From Rhina ancylostomus (lineage: Eukaryota): a stretch of DNA of 64,000 nucleotides. The DNA lies in assembly GCA_030265395.1 (NCBI GenBank), contig JARFYF010000061.1, positions 10,507,916 through 10,571,915 on the forward strand, given 5' to 3'. How positions within the stretch are numbered: the first letter of the stretch is position 1; every line of letters starts with the position of its first letter. This document shows, in pieces, positions 1 through 14,130 of this stretch. Made by a program: the position numbers and the translations under genes. The notes beneath the pieces are model-generated. The model ran no database searches and was not told the origin of the DNA. It saw only the letters and a list, made by a program, of their open reading frames with translations.

Positions 1-1449
1 TGGTGCTCCACTAATTTATGTCTACACTCCTGTATGTTAGTATACATAGTTTATAAACACAATGATATCCTACTCACTTGCCTTCAGTTGTCCATTAAAA
101 GCTTGTAACTTTACACTATAAGAGAAAGGCTATTCAGTGCATCGTGTCTATGCCAACTCTGAGAGGTCTATATTCTTATGCTGAGGAACTGGCTCTATTT
201 TAACACATTTTTAATGCACACTTTGTGTTTGAAGCCATTGTGCACGCATTGGACTTAGCTAGAGAATATTTCCAGGTGTTTAAGCAACCATTAGCAACCA
301 TTGGAAAATTGGCATCAGATGCACACCAAATGATGTCATCCAGGGCACAGCTGCCATTTCCGTGCTTATTGATAGAAATTGGCTGTTAAAATGCAGCCTA
401 TGGCCTGCAAGAGTAAAACTGGGAGCAAACACTACAAGTCAGTAAAGCAATGAGAATTAAAGGCTCCTCACTGGGTCATTGATGTCTTGCCCACAGCCTC
501 TGTCGAAATACATTCTCTGTGCTTTACCTTTGTTCACAGCCGTGACTGACAAAGATTGCAGCATCTCCAGATTATGCTCCATAGGCAAGATGCTGCAGTC
601 ACTGGCCCCTCAATGAGTCTGTGCCTTGGACTCACAACACAAGTACCTGGACCACAGAGGAGTTCTCAGCTCTTCTCCACTGCCACTACTCCCACCTCAC
701 CCTATGCCCCAACCCTATCATTTCCATACCATCTTGCACACTGCTCAGCTGGCACAGTTATAAACACTCAATGACTCGCTACCCAGCAAACAGTTCAGCA
801 GTGATGCAGCAGCTATAAGCTTTGAGAAATACATGTACCAAACTTCTGTTCACCATTCAGGATGAAAACCACCGATTTCCCAATCTTTTTGCACTTCATC
901 CAAAGGGTGCTGGCATTGCACTCCGTACCTGCGTTGTGCACCAACAATGGTTGAACTCCAGTTTTGAGGCATTAATATTTCCTATGACATTTTAAAAATA
1001 CTATCAACTCATCAACCAACAGGAATGCCCCAGAGCTGACGAGTTGCCCTTGCTGACAAGACTTGTCAGCTCCAGCCTTCAACTTAACTTAGGTCTTATG
1101 CTGGCTGATAATGAGTATTCCACCTACACCTTTTCATCACATCCCTCCCATTTAACTCTTCCCAAATGTGCCTTAACTCCATCAAACAATTTTAATTGTT
1201 TTTGAACTGAACAATTTTTAAGAAAAAAAGCTACCTTTATACTGTAAGTAGGAAATTCTTTCCCCAGGATTGTCTAGATCAGGGCTCTGGCTTCTCAAAG
1301 GTGTCACATCACAGGTCACACAAAGATCACTAGACTCATGCACAATCATCAGCATATGGAAAATTATGTGACAGATGCCAATCAACAGACTAACCAAGGC
1401 TATGGGCCACAGAGTTTAAATCAAATAAGAAGAATGAAGGGAAGGTATT

Positions 1450-1560
1450 TCTTTACCAAACCCCTCTGTAATTTTCCCCATCTTTATCTCTATAATTCCC
1501 TCCATGATTACAACCCCCTAAGATCCCTGGTATCTTCCAGTTCTGGCTTAGATCTTAACC
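1450..1560 (+). mobile_element. Degraded L2-type LINE 3' fragment
   Basis: 'tatctctataattccctccatgattacaacccccta agatccctggtatcttccagttctggc' resembles the recalled elasmobranch L2 3' region; short and diverged. Confidence 0.4.
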
Positions 1561-1574
1561 TTCATCCAATTCTC

Positions 1575-1990
1575 TTTTGAAAGCCGCTACTGAATCTGTA
1601 TCCATTTGTATTTCAAATCTTAACCTCTCATTTTATTTAAAAATTACTTTTACTCATGTCACCAGCTTCTCCTGTCTTTCCACAAAACCCAAATCCCTCA
1701 TTCCTTTAATCCTTCTCATATTTCTCTTCTGTGTCCTCAACAAAACATTCACACCCTTTTCTAAACTATTGTGCCCACTATTGTATGCAATTATCCATCT
1801 AGGGCTGCTCTCATATCTATACAAGTTTAGCATAAGTTCCTGGTATTTGTACTCCATGTATCCATTTATGAGGTCCAGAATCATATATGCTTCATCAACT
1901 GCTTTGTTCGACTGACCCACCATTTTAACAGAATTATTCACATTTACCAGATGACTCTCACTCTTTACACCTCCTATAAATTTGTACAAC
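1575..1990 (-). mobile_element. CR1 LINE ORF2 C-terminal remnant
   Basis: ORF 1654..2052(-) reads VKMVGQSNKAVDEAYMILDLINGYMEYKYQELMLNLY...EKGVNVLLRTQKRNMRRIKGMRDLGFVERQEKL. This is collinear with the CR1 ORF2 tail (LKVAGQVDKVVKKAYGMLAFI..GIEYKS.EVML.LY...KDV..LERVQRRFTRMLPGM....YEERL.RL). Confidence 0.8.
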
Positions 1991-2342
1991 AGTCCCACTC
2001 CCAAGTAATTGTAAATGTCACAGAGGGATGGGAATAACTTCTTCAACTGCAAATATAATTAGTCAAAGCAGAAAGACTGTGCGAGAAACAAAAATCAAAT
2101 CCATGAATTCTAATGAAGTGTCCCACTCAAAATATTAATTCATCTTTTCTCTTTCAGGTGTTAGTTGCTATGCTGTATGTTTCCAGCATCTTGCTCAGTT
2201 AAAGAACTGATACCATTTAATAGAACATCCAAACCTTTGAACTAACATTAGTCAACAGCAGAGAAAGAATTTCCACCAGTATTAGATTGACTGAGATAGA
2301 AAATTCACCATGACATCATGCAGGAAGAAAATTAAGAGAGTA

Positions 2343-2775
2343 GAAGAAAGAATAGCATTTATACAATATCTCTAATTTTGTTTTCAGAGTCTCCCAAAGT
2401 ATTTTATAGATAATGAAGTACTTTTAAACAATAGTCACTGTTGTATTATGGGACACACAAAAACTAATTTGCACACAACTGCTCCTGGAAAGAGCAATGT
2501 GAGAATGATCAGATAATCTGTTTTTTCAGACATGTTGATATTGGCCAGGTCATCAGGGATAACTCTACTTTTCTTTTAAAATGGGCAATGGGATCTTTTA
2601 CACTCACTTGAGAGAGTAGATGAAATCTCAGTTTAGAATCTCATTTTAAAGACAGCACAGTTCTCCCCTAGTACCTCATTGGAATATCAACATAAATTTT
2701 TATGCCCTACTCTCTGGAGGGGGATTTGAACCTATTTCCTTCTAACCGAGGGGTAAAAGTGCTACCAACTGACCA
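2343..2775 (-). mobile_element. Near full-length Deu-domain SINE (SacSINE1-like)
   Basis: Minus strand shows a tRNA-like head (TGGTCAGTTGGTAGCAC...GGTTCAAATCC), a central 'AAAAGATCCCATTG...CCTGGCCAATAT...CAGATTATCTGATCATTCTCACATTGCT' and a tail 'ACAACAGTGACT..AAAAGTACTTCATT...TATAAATGC..TTCTTTCT'. Confidence 0.8.
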
Positions 2776-5749
2776 GACAATAAAATTAGCTTGATCATGA
2801 AGTTCAGCTACATGAAAACTACTGTGATTTCCTTTTTTAATTGGGTGTCACTCTGTTGGTTTCGACAGAGAAGAATCAGCTACCAGTCCTTTCATAACAG
2901 ATTAATTCAGCAATATGACTAAAGGCAGAGAAAATATATCAGTACCAGGGCTTCAGGAATATCTTTGTATGATAAACCTGTGTGCCAATTCTCAGCAGTT
3001 TTCAATAATGAATGCCTTCAACACAGGCTGCCAACACATTTGCTACAGAAAGAAGTAAATATTGCATTAGAAAAGCAACTGCTATTTGTAAAGGTGACTA
3101 ATTAAAGGAAACCACTCTATTAGCCACTAGCAGCCACAAATCCCTGTAATTGATAAATAGGAATACTTAGTGCAGCAAACACCCCAAGGTGTTCAATCTC
3201 CCCTCCTGCTTTTACCAGGTTAGAGGAAGAATGGAATTCTTACAGCAAACACTGGCTGGTTGAAAAGAAAATATTTTCATTGCAGTTTCGGGTTTCTGTC
3301 TGTGGAAGAAATGGGAGCTCCTGCAGTTCTAGTCCCTTCCTCACAAATGTTCTCCCTATCTATTTAACAGATATTGAACTTCATTGTTTAGATCATACAG
3401 AGTCCAGAATCTTTGTGCTACTTTGCCAGGGTTTTTTTTATCCTGAATGAGCCCAGACTGAGCATTTAGGCAGGGACTTCAGTGTGATGGGCTCCACAGT
3501 CCTGTCCTCCCTTTATCTGATGTCCAAAACCACACACTGTAAATATTTGCCTTTTTGAGCAAAAGGTAATCCATTTTCTTGGGAAGAGTAGAAGGAACCT
3601 CACTCTGCTATGCTTAAGTATTGCATTCATGGGAATGGCTAATGCACAAAATTAGATAGCTGATGAAATGTTTTATTGAGTGCTTAGAAAATTTACCAAG
3701 GAGAACAGATAATTATAAGAGATTTATAAGCTGGTAGGAAGCAAGCAATATCCTCATAACTGCAGATTCCAGGCCAATGAATACTAACCTTGGGGATGTC
3801 CACTTTTTTTTTATGGATCATGTTTGTCCAATGACACCATTAATGTGCATGTACCTCAGTTAGCCAATAATACCATTCATTGGTGTTTAATTTAGAATCC
3901 ATCCAGCAATGAAGTGATAGCTCTGAGATCAGCCCTCTCCAAACCTCCAGCCTCAATAATTCAAGCAGAGGAAACCAGTAAACCAGTGTGATAGCTGGAG
4001 TGAATAGCTTGGGCTTCAAACCATGCATTGTCAGCAGATACTAGCANNNNNNNNNNCCAAATGGACCCTGGTTGATGGGTTGAATGTATCACTCATTACC
4101 TGACCAACCAGAAGCAATTCCTATTGAGATATCCCCTGCAATTTTTACAGGATTATTTTAAATATATCTGCATGTTGACTATGCAAAGAACTGCAGGAAT
4201 AATCACCTCATCACTCAGAAATAGGAGGTAAACTTTGACTCTGGAAAAGACATGAGCCAAGACAGTCACAGGTCCATTTCATTTGGATGATGTCATATGT
4301 AATCTACTTAGAGGCATTTTCAAGAAGCATTTTCAAAAGTGAAGATTACCATTGCATTGCAAAAGTTACTTGACCAAACACTTTCCCAGAAAGTCGTCCT
4401 CTTCCATGTGGCAAGTGGGAACATGATTATTAACAATCAATTAAATGGAAACAGTTATTAATGTCTGTCCTAATGACAATTTTGTAAAATTAAAGTCTTT
4501 TTGTCTCCTTGGGTAACTCAAGTGGCTCATTTAAAAACTTGCTCCCCATCCTCAAAATGCCTTCAGCCAGAAATAATCAGATGCTGTGGGGGGTGGTGGT
4601 GATGAGTGGTTAAAAAAGAGAGAGAAGGAATAAAACTCAGAGTAAACTTCTGGTTATTTTTGCCCCCTCATTACACAAGGAAATGTTTGGCTATCAATTC
4701 AGTCTGCCCCAGTCCCTCTCCACAGCAGTGCATTGAATTTTTCAGTTTGCTAATATTGTTTCCTCCTCAATATAACCTACGTTGCTTATGCAAATACACG
4801 TCTTTTATTCCAGCTCTGATTTCCAGGAGTGGGACTTCAATGAGAAATAATCACCCTCTCCCAACCACCGCCCACCCCTTACCCCTCCCCATAAACTGTT
4901 CGTACAAATCCATCTACTTCATTTGCTGAGCATCAGTCTGCGCAATAACAGTGATAAAAAAACAAGGATAAAAGCTTTGTCCCATATTAAGAGACTGGAA
5001 CTTTGCATTTTGACAAAGGCAGTGTATATGTAACATACTTGGATGGGTGTGGGTGGATAAATTACTGGAACCAAATCTGTAGCCTTTATTTAACCTTTGT
5101 GAAGTAACACTACCAGCACTCTTAAGGTGTATTAGACAGATAGTTATTTAATTTTACACAGCAGAAATTCTCTGTAATTTGAACATGAAGTAGTCACGGC
5201 AACAGACTTCAACATTTTTATGGGGGCAGGGAGAAATTTTTTAAGTTAAAAATTATCATAGATGGTAAATGTACCACAGATGATTTGCACAGGATTATAT
5301 CTCTTTCTCTCTATTATGAAGTAATTGTTTCCAAATAATCTGGTAATCTTTAAAAAAATAGTACAATTTAGGACAATTTTGCCCTTACATCTCTTTTTCA
5401 ATGAGTTACTCATCAAGTTTAGGACAGTTTTATGCATTCAAATACCAACCCCAGATTGATTTAGTTACAGACTAATTAGAGGCATGGTCTTCACAGAACT
5501 GTTTTTAACAAGCCTTTCTCACTTGTTTGCATATCCACTAGATTACACAAAAAGCACGTCAACACACATGAAGACTGAATGTTAAACATTTGGATTTTCC
5601 TCCATCCTGAGATAGTTCATTCACGGTGGGACGTAAACATTTGTGTTCACAATGATTGCCTTCATTTAACTTACAAGGAATGATACCAGGGTTTGAAAGG
5701 GTTAAATTAACAGGCTAGGTTGCATTCATTTACATCCAAGGAAAAGCAG

Positions 5750-6550
5750 ACAAATAGGCTGTATGACCTAATTGATTTATGTTCCTCGTAAACCTCCTCC
5801 CACCCTGTCTCATCTATTCTATTTCCTTTTCCCTTACTTTCATCTAGTTTCCCCTTAAATGCATCTCAGCTAATTTCTTCAGCTAATCCTTGTGATGGTG
5901 CAATTTACATTCTTGATCCTTTGGTAAAGAACATTCTCCTGATTTCTCCATCTGAGTTCTTGGAGACGATCTTGGAAATATGATCTGTAATTTAGGATGA
6001 TACTCAAATCCTCATCAGGTCCTCATCAGTTATCCTTCAGTCTTTACTTTTCTGGAGACTTTTTAGCTTTTCCTAATAAAATATCCTCTCTGCTTCAGTA
6101 TCCTTGTGAATATCTATTTCCATTTGTAACTATTTCCTTTTTATTCTTTGGACAGTACTTAAAGTGGCCTAACCAAGTGTTAGTTTAACATAACTTCCAT
6201 GATATTTGGTGCTCCGTCCTGAAGAAGGGAACTCGACTGCTTTTTATTATGAACTTCTTTAACTAATATTCCTGTTAATATTTTGTGTATCTGTCCCGCT
6301 GATCCCTTTGGTCCTCTATTACTTAAGTCTAGTTATCCAAACAGGAGGTCACCTCTTTATTGTTCTTACCAATATACCCAACCTTACACAGACATATGTT
6401 GATTTTTGTTTATCTGTTGCAGCCCCATTCTTTAGGCTTCATTTATGTCTTTCTGTATTTTGTCATACTCTTTCTTATACTTCTCAATTTGATGCCACCT
6501 ATAAATTCTAAAATTACACTCATTTGATTCCCAGTGTAAATTGTGACTGA
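5750..6550 (-). mobile_element. Highly degraded CR1 LINE 3' fragment
   Basis: Reverse-complement CR1-like segments such as 'catctagtttccccttaaatgcatct' and 'ggtaaagaacattctcctgatttc'; no intact frame. Confidence 0.55.
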
Positions 6551-6914
6551 TTTCTGTGTTGCAATATTTTCCACCAGTCTGAGTAGCTACCATTAGTCCC
6601 TTTTCTTTGTTGTCTAATTTAATTTATCTCTTGAGTATTTGAAAAAAGCTTGATAGCACATACAAAAAGCCCACCTGGTCCTTAACTCTAAATACATGGA
6701 AATTGTTCCTCTGGTGGAAAAATCCTGAACGAGTGAAATAGAATTGGAGTGAAGCCAAGAAGCAAGTATTTGGACAAAAATTTAAAACATTCTCCAGCAA
6801 AAAGCACTGGATCCTGGGATAATTGGAGTCTTGGAGCTCTCAAGACTGTTAGATTTTCATTAATTGTGCATTTCCCAATACGTTGAGGGCAAAGGTGGAA
6901 GAGTGAAATTTTGG

Positions 6915-6985
6915 TACAACTCAACTCTGATCTAATTGAATGGCAAAGCAAGTTTGAGGGGCTGAATGGCTACTATCCCAAACTT
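6915..6985 (+). mobile_element. CR1 3' UTR end remnant
   Basis: 'gatctaattgaatggcaaagcaagtttgaggggctgaatggctact' matches the shark CR1 terminal motif. Confidence 0.5.
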
Positions 6986-7619
6986 AATCTCCTTATTTTT
7001 CTTCTCAGCTCCTAATAGCCCTGACTTGCTGGAGACTTACTGGAGCCAACGGCTGCCTTCTGCTACTTCCCCAAAATGGCACAGTGGTTCCACCACTTAC
7101 TAATTAGTGAACGAGTTGAGTACATCCTGTAGACATATTATAGGGAAACACCAATATTTGCCGGCATTTCCACAGCTGTCCAGCTGAAGTTATGGTGGGC
7201 AATCAGGAGAATAAGAACTGAAATTCACCAGCAAAATGTTCAAAACTTTGCCAATTAGCAAATATATCCCTGAGCATATTTAAGAGTAATATTATTTTAA
7301 AACATTACTTCAGATCATCATAATTAGCAAGTATTGTGAGTTTGCTAAGATGACCCTTTGGTTCATCAAGCTTGTCCCACACAGGTGGGTAATTGTTTGC
7401 CACAGAATATACACTGAGCAACCCACCAAATAAATTCCTACGGTAAGCAATGAAAATGTTGAAGATGGAAGCCAACACAGAAGAAAAAAGGTAAGGATTT
7501 TTTTTCTCTCTGAATCTGGGCAATCAGAATTATTCTTGAAGATCACTCAGGTCTCAATAATGCTTTACCTTCCTCTTGTTTGAAATTATCTTTGAGTCAG
7601 CCAGAAAAAAAAATGTCCA

Positions 7620-7724
7620 TCTCTGTGTGCAAGATGGCTGGAATGTTTTGACCACATTTCAAAAGTACTTCACAGCAAGTTCAGTACATGTGACAGGAGG
7701 TATAAAAATGCAAGTCTTTCTTTC
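7620..7724 (+). mobile_element. Deu-SINE 3' fragment
   Basis: 'ctgtgtgcaagatggctg...ttcaaaagtacttca...tataaaaatgcaagtctttcttt', the same tail as the 2343-2775 copy. Confidence 0.6.
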
Positions 7725-10139
7725 CCCTCCAAGGGTATATGAAGGGATTTAAACTTGACTGAATTTTGAGGGGCTCTTTAAACAGGGGCATTTTATGTAC
7801 ATGCACACGCATTTTCTTAATGTGTTTAATAATTATTGGAGAAGCCCATGAAAGCACTTTATCCTACACAGATCCTATTTTCTTCACATTCTCTACTGCT
7901 CTGGGTACCCTATATTGCAAAGCCTGCCTGCCAGCCTGAAGCCTTCAATAATTAAAAACATGCACCCAGAAACTCACTACCATCACAACAGCTATCACTA
8001 TTGCCATGTACAAAATTTACCTACAATTAAAACCAGCAGTCAATATGACCAGAGATTTAATAATTTAACAAGCTCTTCAAAATAACATTGATCAATCCAT
8101 ATTATTTAAAAAAGATTGGGAAACACAATCATAGTTTGAATTTTCAGGTCTACATCCTGTAGCAAAATGACTGAGATTGTATCTGTTGCTCTCACTACAA
8201 CATGATCTCCCCTAGGTATCCATGTAGATTGCACAAATCTTTCCACAGATAAACAACCCTGTTTTTGTCGATTGCTTTAATTCTGCATAATGAAGTTTTT
8301 GGTGTCAACTGACATTAACATCTTCTAGCTTTTTTCTTATTTTTCATTCTTAATACTGTGCTCCAAAAGATTTTTCTATTTGACCTTCTCAACAAAAAGA
8401 ACTGTGAACATTCATTAATGATCAAGCACAGATACAACACTTACATGGGTATCTATTTTACAAATTTGTTCATATGTATTAAAAACAGTAATTTCTTCTG
8501 AACTGACTGCAACTGATAACTTTCATCATCTATTGTTTGCTGTAATATATATAAGGGGCTTTGTTTTCCTTTCTACAGGAGCTAAGCAAAATATCTCCAT
8601 TATAATATACTTCTTGGTATGGATTTTGATTTCTGAAATAAAGAATGGGGTGGGATGGCTTCCTGAAATATTTCTTTCTTTTCAACCAATCAACTGTACG
8701 TTTCTGACATATTCTGCTTTTATTCCAGATTTCCAGCATTCACTATTTAAAAAAAAAGTAACATTATTTCCTTCAGGCATTGGGCTTGTGCTTTCAGGTT
8801 ATCAGGATTGCCCATGTTGATATAAGATGATGGTGACCTTATTGTTATCTGAAATATCATTGACATCAGCTCCCGCCCACTCTTTCGAGGGTTAACCTAA
8901 ACAAAATAATTAAATGAGCCTTATAAAGTTAATAAAAATGTACAATTTTTGATCCATTGAAGGGTCTTCACACTGATTGCATTTGTAAAAATGGCAATAG
9001 GGAAAGGGAACATGCATAGTTGTGTTGCATATGTAGTATCACTGCACTGTGCCCTGCATACACAGTCACAGAGAGAGAGTGAGAAGCTTCTGAAGAGACC
9101 AGAGGGGACACTCAGAGCTGAACAGGGCCTCGCCACTGAATAGCCACAGGGAGACATTGTTCAGAACACTCTGTTGAATCACCATGCTTATGCATGCGTG
9201 CATGAGGTGTGATGAGGTATCAATTCAGAGGGATCAGTGTGGGCTGCTCTGAAGACATCCATGAATGTGTCAATAGAGAAAAGAGAGAGAGACTGGGAAC
9301 GGCGGGGCCCCCCTCACTAATGATTGTCAAGCCTGCCCTTGAACCTCACCGGGCTTCGCCATTCCCAGGCTCTGAACAAGGGCTGAGGTATGCGTGAGCC
9401 CAGCTGTGTGGGGGACGCAGCTATGGCTGAAGTCAGACAGTTTGACAGGCCCTGCTTTTTCACAGCATAGCACAGGCCCAGGCATATTGCTCCTGGCAAC
9501 AGCACAGTGCAGTGTCTCTGAACCAGGGCCTGTCTGAGGCACAGAAAGGCTCTGCAGAAGGGTGTAGCCTAACTCTGGCCTCTAATTGCTCACAAACTTT
9601 GCCCGTTATTATATGAAGCCAGACAGTGCTCACACACTCTGCATATATAATCAAGGATCATTCAAATGAGGGCCAGTGCTGGCGAAGACAACTCTCTCCC
9701 AGTTACAAGAAGGAAAAATACACCCTCACAGTCAATTATTGTTTCTTCCACCAAAAATGAAGCATTTTTTCTGAAATGAAACTATAAATATTTTTCTTCT
9801 CAACATTTTAGAATTATTTTTCTTATCCATTCCTAAAACTAATTCTCAACCCCTTTGGGTAATTCACATCTCCGCTTAAAGGGTCTACCTGAAAAAAGGC
9901 CAAATCTGTGCAGCAATATTACAGTCCGACATTCTTGATGCAGGGTCTTTATGTAACCAGAATGCTTATGGTATTTTGGATGCAAGTTAAGGAGCAGAAA
10001 ATGTCCGGGCTATTGGCTTAATGCTGTTATGTGAAATCCTGCAACTATATCTTGTGTCTTTACAGCAGGAAAGAAAAAAGTTGAAGAGCTTCTGATTAAG
10101 GCTGCTTCCATATTTGCCTGTATCTCTAGTAATTCTTTT

Positions 10140-10372
10140 ACTAGTCCTTCCATACAGCAGGCACTTGAAATCTATAACTCTCTTCCCCAAGGACACATGG
10201 ACAATTGAAGCTTTCAAGAATGAGGTCAATAGATTTTTTTTGTCAGGTAAGGATATCAAAGGATGTGGAGCAAAGTTAGTTAAATGATGTTGAGATGCAA
10301 TAAAACAAGATCTAACTGCATAAAGGACCAGCTTCCAGGGGCTGAATGGCCTTTTCCTGTTTCTAATGTTCC
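10140..10372 (+). mobile_element. CR1 LINE 3' end
   Basis: 'tttcaagaatgaggtcaatagatttttt..ggtaaggatatcaaaggatgtggagcaaag...ggggctgaatggccttttcctgtttctaatgttcc'. Confidence 0.7.
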
Positions 10373-13300
10373 CAATTAATATGATCATTCAAATCTTACT
10401 TTTAGCTCTTTGTATACAGGAACACAATCTGAGTGCTTCCTCCACCAAGGCTGATTAACATCTGAGGTAAAGACCCTTCATTAGAACCCAGTCCTACCTG
10501 AAATATTATGCTGCGTTTATCTCTGCCCTGCTGGGTACTTACAACATTTTCTGCTTTTATCCTGCAAATAAGTCCACCTTGTAAAGCCGTGCTTTGCTGT
10601 GAAGTGGCATCTGTGAATCCCTGTTTGTTTCAAACTTAATAGATGCATATTTTAATGTGGTAGGCCCTGATGTTACCCTGTGGGGTGCAGACATGTTCTT
10701 CTGAAGCTCTTCTCTCTGCTGTTTTAATACAGTCCTTAACCCATTTTACAACTAATGTTCAGCAGAGAGAAGGCCTTCCATTAAGCATCCATGAGACTGT
10801 ATCCCATGGTGCAGTCTCAGGTTCCGTGGTTTACTGATGAATCAGTACCAAGAGCCCTTTCCAACTGGTCATGCTGGAGCGTGCTTCCAACATTATCCTG
10901 GGATTTTGTGGTGTTCCTTAACTGTGCTGATTTACATGACTGCAGTTGCTGACGACTTCAAAGCAGACCCAGGCTGCGGCTAAAACATTTGGGGTTACAC
11001 CGGGAAAAAAACCACACACATGCTTGAAACCCCCTCTGATCTGCACATCGTGCTCTTGAGTTTGAAAAAGGGACTATTCGGGAGCAGCATCAATTTTAAG
11101 CCGGTCTCTTTTAGTGGGGAATGGTCCGTTGACCTTCTGAATACTTTTGTCCCATGCTCTAATTTATACTGCATGTCTAGGACACAATGTTACACAGGCC
11201 TTTTTTAACCTGCAGTCCTTAATCTGTGCCTGGCCCCAGTGCTCTCTGATTTAATCATCATCAAATCCCTTTGTTTATTGTACTTCCACAGCAATTACTG
11301 AGATCCATTCTTTCTCCTCATTCTTGCGCACTTGAGATTTTTCCAGCCTTACATCTTTGGAGAAAATGATTTTTATTTAACGGAATCTCACATCTCACAG
11401 TCCCTGTGGACTCAGCAAAGGAGTTGTTTTAGTGTTCTGAAAAATCAAGATGGATCAGATCAATTGAACGAGTGCTTCTCTTACACAGTAGCACATCCTT
11501 CTTACAGGAAGGTTTTATTTTATTCCCCCTTTTGTGCAGAGAGAGAACACAAACTACTACAAAGAGAAAGAGGTAAGATAAAAGCAAGATTCTTGCCAGG
11601 GAGAGCAAAAGAGTTGCAGGAACATGCCCAAAAACTTATCCACAGCATTGAAAAAACAGCACAGCAACACCACAAAGCACTGCATCAAAGGTTCCTTGTA
11701 GCCATTACAAAGCCTCTACAACAGCCATTCCTGGGATAATCATGCTTATCTGAAGATTAGGAGTTAGATATGCAGCTGAGGGGAGTCACATGAGTGAGCC
11801 CAAGGAAATCTACTTTAAACAATCCCTTCACAGGCTTGACCTCTCACTTTGCTTGGCCCATGTATGGAATGATAGCCCCAGCTGAATTTCCGTTTCTCCA
11901 TAACAACACTGCATGTCAGGGCCACACAGTCAGATTATCTTCTGGTATAATAGCTGGATCTGACTTCCCTTTCTCTACTTTTCCTTCAAATAAAAATCTA
12001 CATGTACTGCAAATCTTCACTGTGCAATGACCAGCTTCTGAATGATGTTAGACGTTTTCACATTGATTCTCCACAGGAAAGGATGTGAGACACCTACTTC
12101 TGCATTACTTTATCCTACTTTCTGTACGGCAACCTTTGTAGGACAAAACTTGTGCAGAAGAACACCTTTAACCACAAGTCAATCAGTCAGTGGACAGCAC
12201 GGAATTTTCTGTAGGGTCTGGGGAACAGGAGATAGTTGGATGAATTTCCAAACAGATTGTCAAAGTCATTAGATGGAATGGTTCAACACCAGAACTTTTG
12301 AATAAGCACTGTGCTCAGTTGGTGGTGAGCAGAGCCTTTCTTGTCAGACCCTTCTTGAACAGCTGGAGTCTCTGTGCCAACACACACAGCCTTTGAGGCG
12401 GATGTGTTGGGCAGTGAGTCCATCATTCATTGCTTGTCGGAATGCATGATTGCCAAGAAGGTCTGGAAAGAGATGCAATGTTTTTGTTTATTGATGTTCA
12501 CCTAAACATTCTCCGGACTGCTCACAGGGACACACATCAAGACACACACCCGCTCATTTAGAAAGATGCCTTTTCATTTGCCCAAAACATGTTGGTCTTC
12601 CAGAACAAGGAGCTATCTACAACTGCATGTTGCGGACAGGCACATTCCAAGGTTCAGGAATATGTACTGCAGGGCACACTGAAGCACGATCCACCACAAA
12701 GCTTGCTTGCTTGATGGGGAAATACCACAGTTTAAGGCCTTGCCACTATTGCACACTGATGATGTGGAACTTGTGGAAAGCAAAACCCTCAGACTGTCTC
12801 TTCAAGAAAAGTTTGTCCAGATACAACATAAAGGGAATGATATGCCTTGTATTGAGAATAGCAACATATGAATGCAGAATAACACATATCTGCAAACTTT
12901 ATGAATAGAACAAAATATTTGAAATTTTAAAAATCCCTCCTTATCACTTTTAGGCTATGATAAAAGGCAGGGATAGGAATTCCAGTCAGGAATCAGTGGT
13001 ACCAGAGAAAACTATTCATAGAAAAATATTTTGAGAGTCAACTTCTTAATTAGATAATGGCAATAATTTCCCTTTGAAATCATGAGGAACTGGGGCTCGG
13101 ATTATGAGAGCAACCTCTGGGATAGACAGATCAATCTACTTGATTGTTGAACAATTCTTGGTTGCAATAAATAAAACAACTGAGACAGCATATCACAATT
13201 ACAGAGGGAATCATTATGTATTTTTTGACCCAATGTGCAGCGTTGGGTTTGCTCTACGTATAGGTTCCTTGTAGAACATACATTGCCTCGAAACAAAACA

Positions 13301-13989
13301 GGATTGAGTGTTGGCAATTATTCAAATGTCAGAGCCTATCACTGAAACAGCCAAGATGGGAGCTTCTTCAACTTTTACAAGATACTGCAGATAATTTGAA
13401 CAACATCGTCACAGGAATCCAAGATTTCAAACTGGAAAAAATGGTTGCAGAAAAGCTGCAAGGAATGGGAGAGAAGAAATGATAAACCTGGAAGTATTGT
13501 TTAGATAATACCCTCCATACATCATCCTGGACCTTGGAACATGTTAGTCCACAACATTCAGTAATTAAATCCTTGTTTTGGAAAACCAGCAAGTTTTGGG
13601 CAGGTGAGAAGGCTTAAGAGGAAACAAAGAATAAGGGAGGTGAGAGTTTCCAGAATTATGTGGTCCAAAGCAGAAAGAGCTTTCAAAACTACCTTGTTAT
13701 AGAAATGATCAGATTACTTGATCTACTATTCTCCTCAACCTTCGGAATTACTCACATGGCATCAGTGATTGTGCTATTTTTGTAAAGCATAAATTGTCAG
13801 TAACTATATGACTTTAAAAGATCTGGATTCAAAGCAATCCATTCAATTTCATTTCTGTCACCTCTTGCTGAAAGTTTCCAAGGCCACGGGTGAATAATGG
13901 GTTAACAAAAGGCAGTAGGATTTCCAAAATTTGAACTCCAGTTGTTCACCTCCTTTTGCCAAAATTTTCACAGTTAACAAATGCTCTTC

Positions 13990-14130
13990 ATGCCACCCTG
14001 TCCATGCCAACCATCAAGTACACATCTATATTAATCTCATTTACCAACACTTCATCTGTAGCCTTCTATGCCTTAGCAATTCAAGTATTTATCCGGGTAC
14101 TTCTTAAATGTTGTGAGAGTATCTGCCTCT
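13990..14130 (-). mobile_element. CR1 3' end remnant
   Basis: 'taatctcatttaccaacactt..ctgtagccttctatgccttagcaattcaagt...tacttcttaaatgttgtgagagtatctgcctc' is reverse-complement CR1 3' sequence. Confidence 0.6.

Noticed and set aside
230-420. Possible old DNA-transposon or MITE remnant (also about 37600-38235)
   Set aside because: I could not identify TIRs, TSDs or a family with any confidence.
1654-2052. 132-aa ORF as a host gene
   Set aside because: It is a decayed CR1 ORF2 C-terminus.
11332-11739. 135-aa ORF (also 9987-10388, 32422-32844, 52451-52837, 63548-63956)
   Set aside because: No recognisable domain, no exon-like context, and lengths expected by chance; some overlap repeats.
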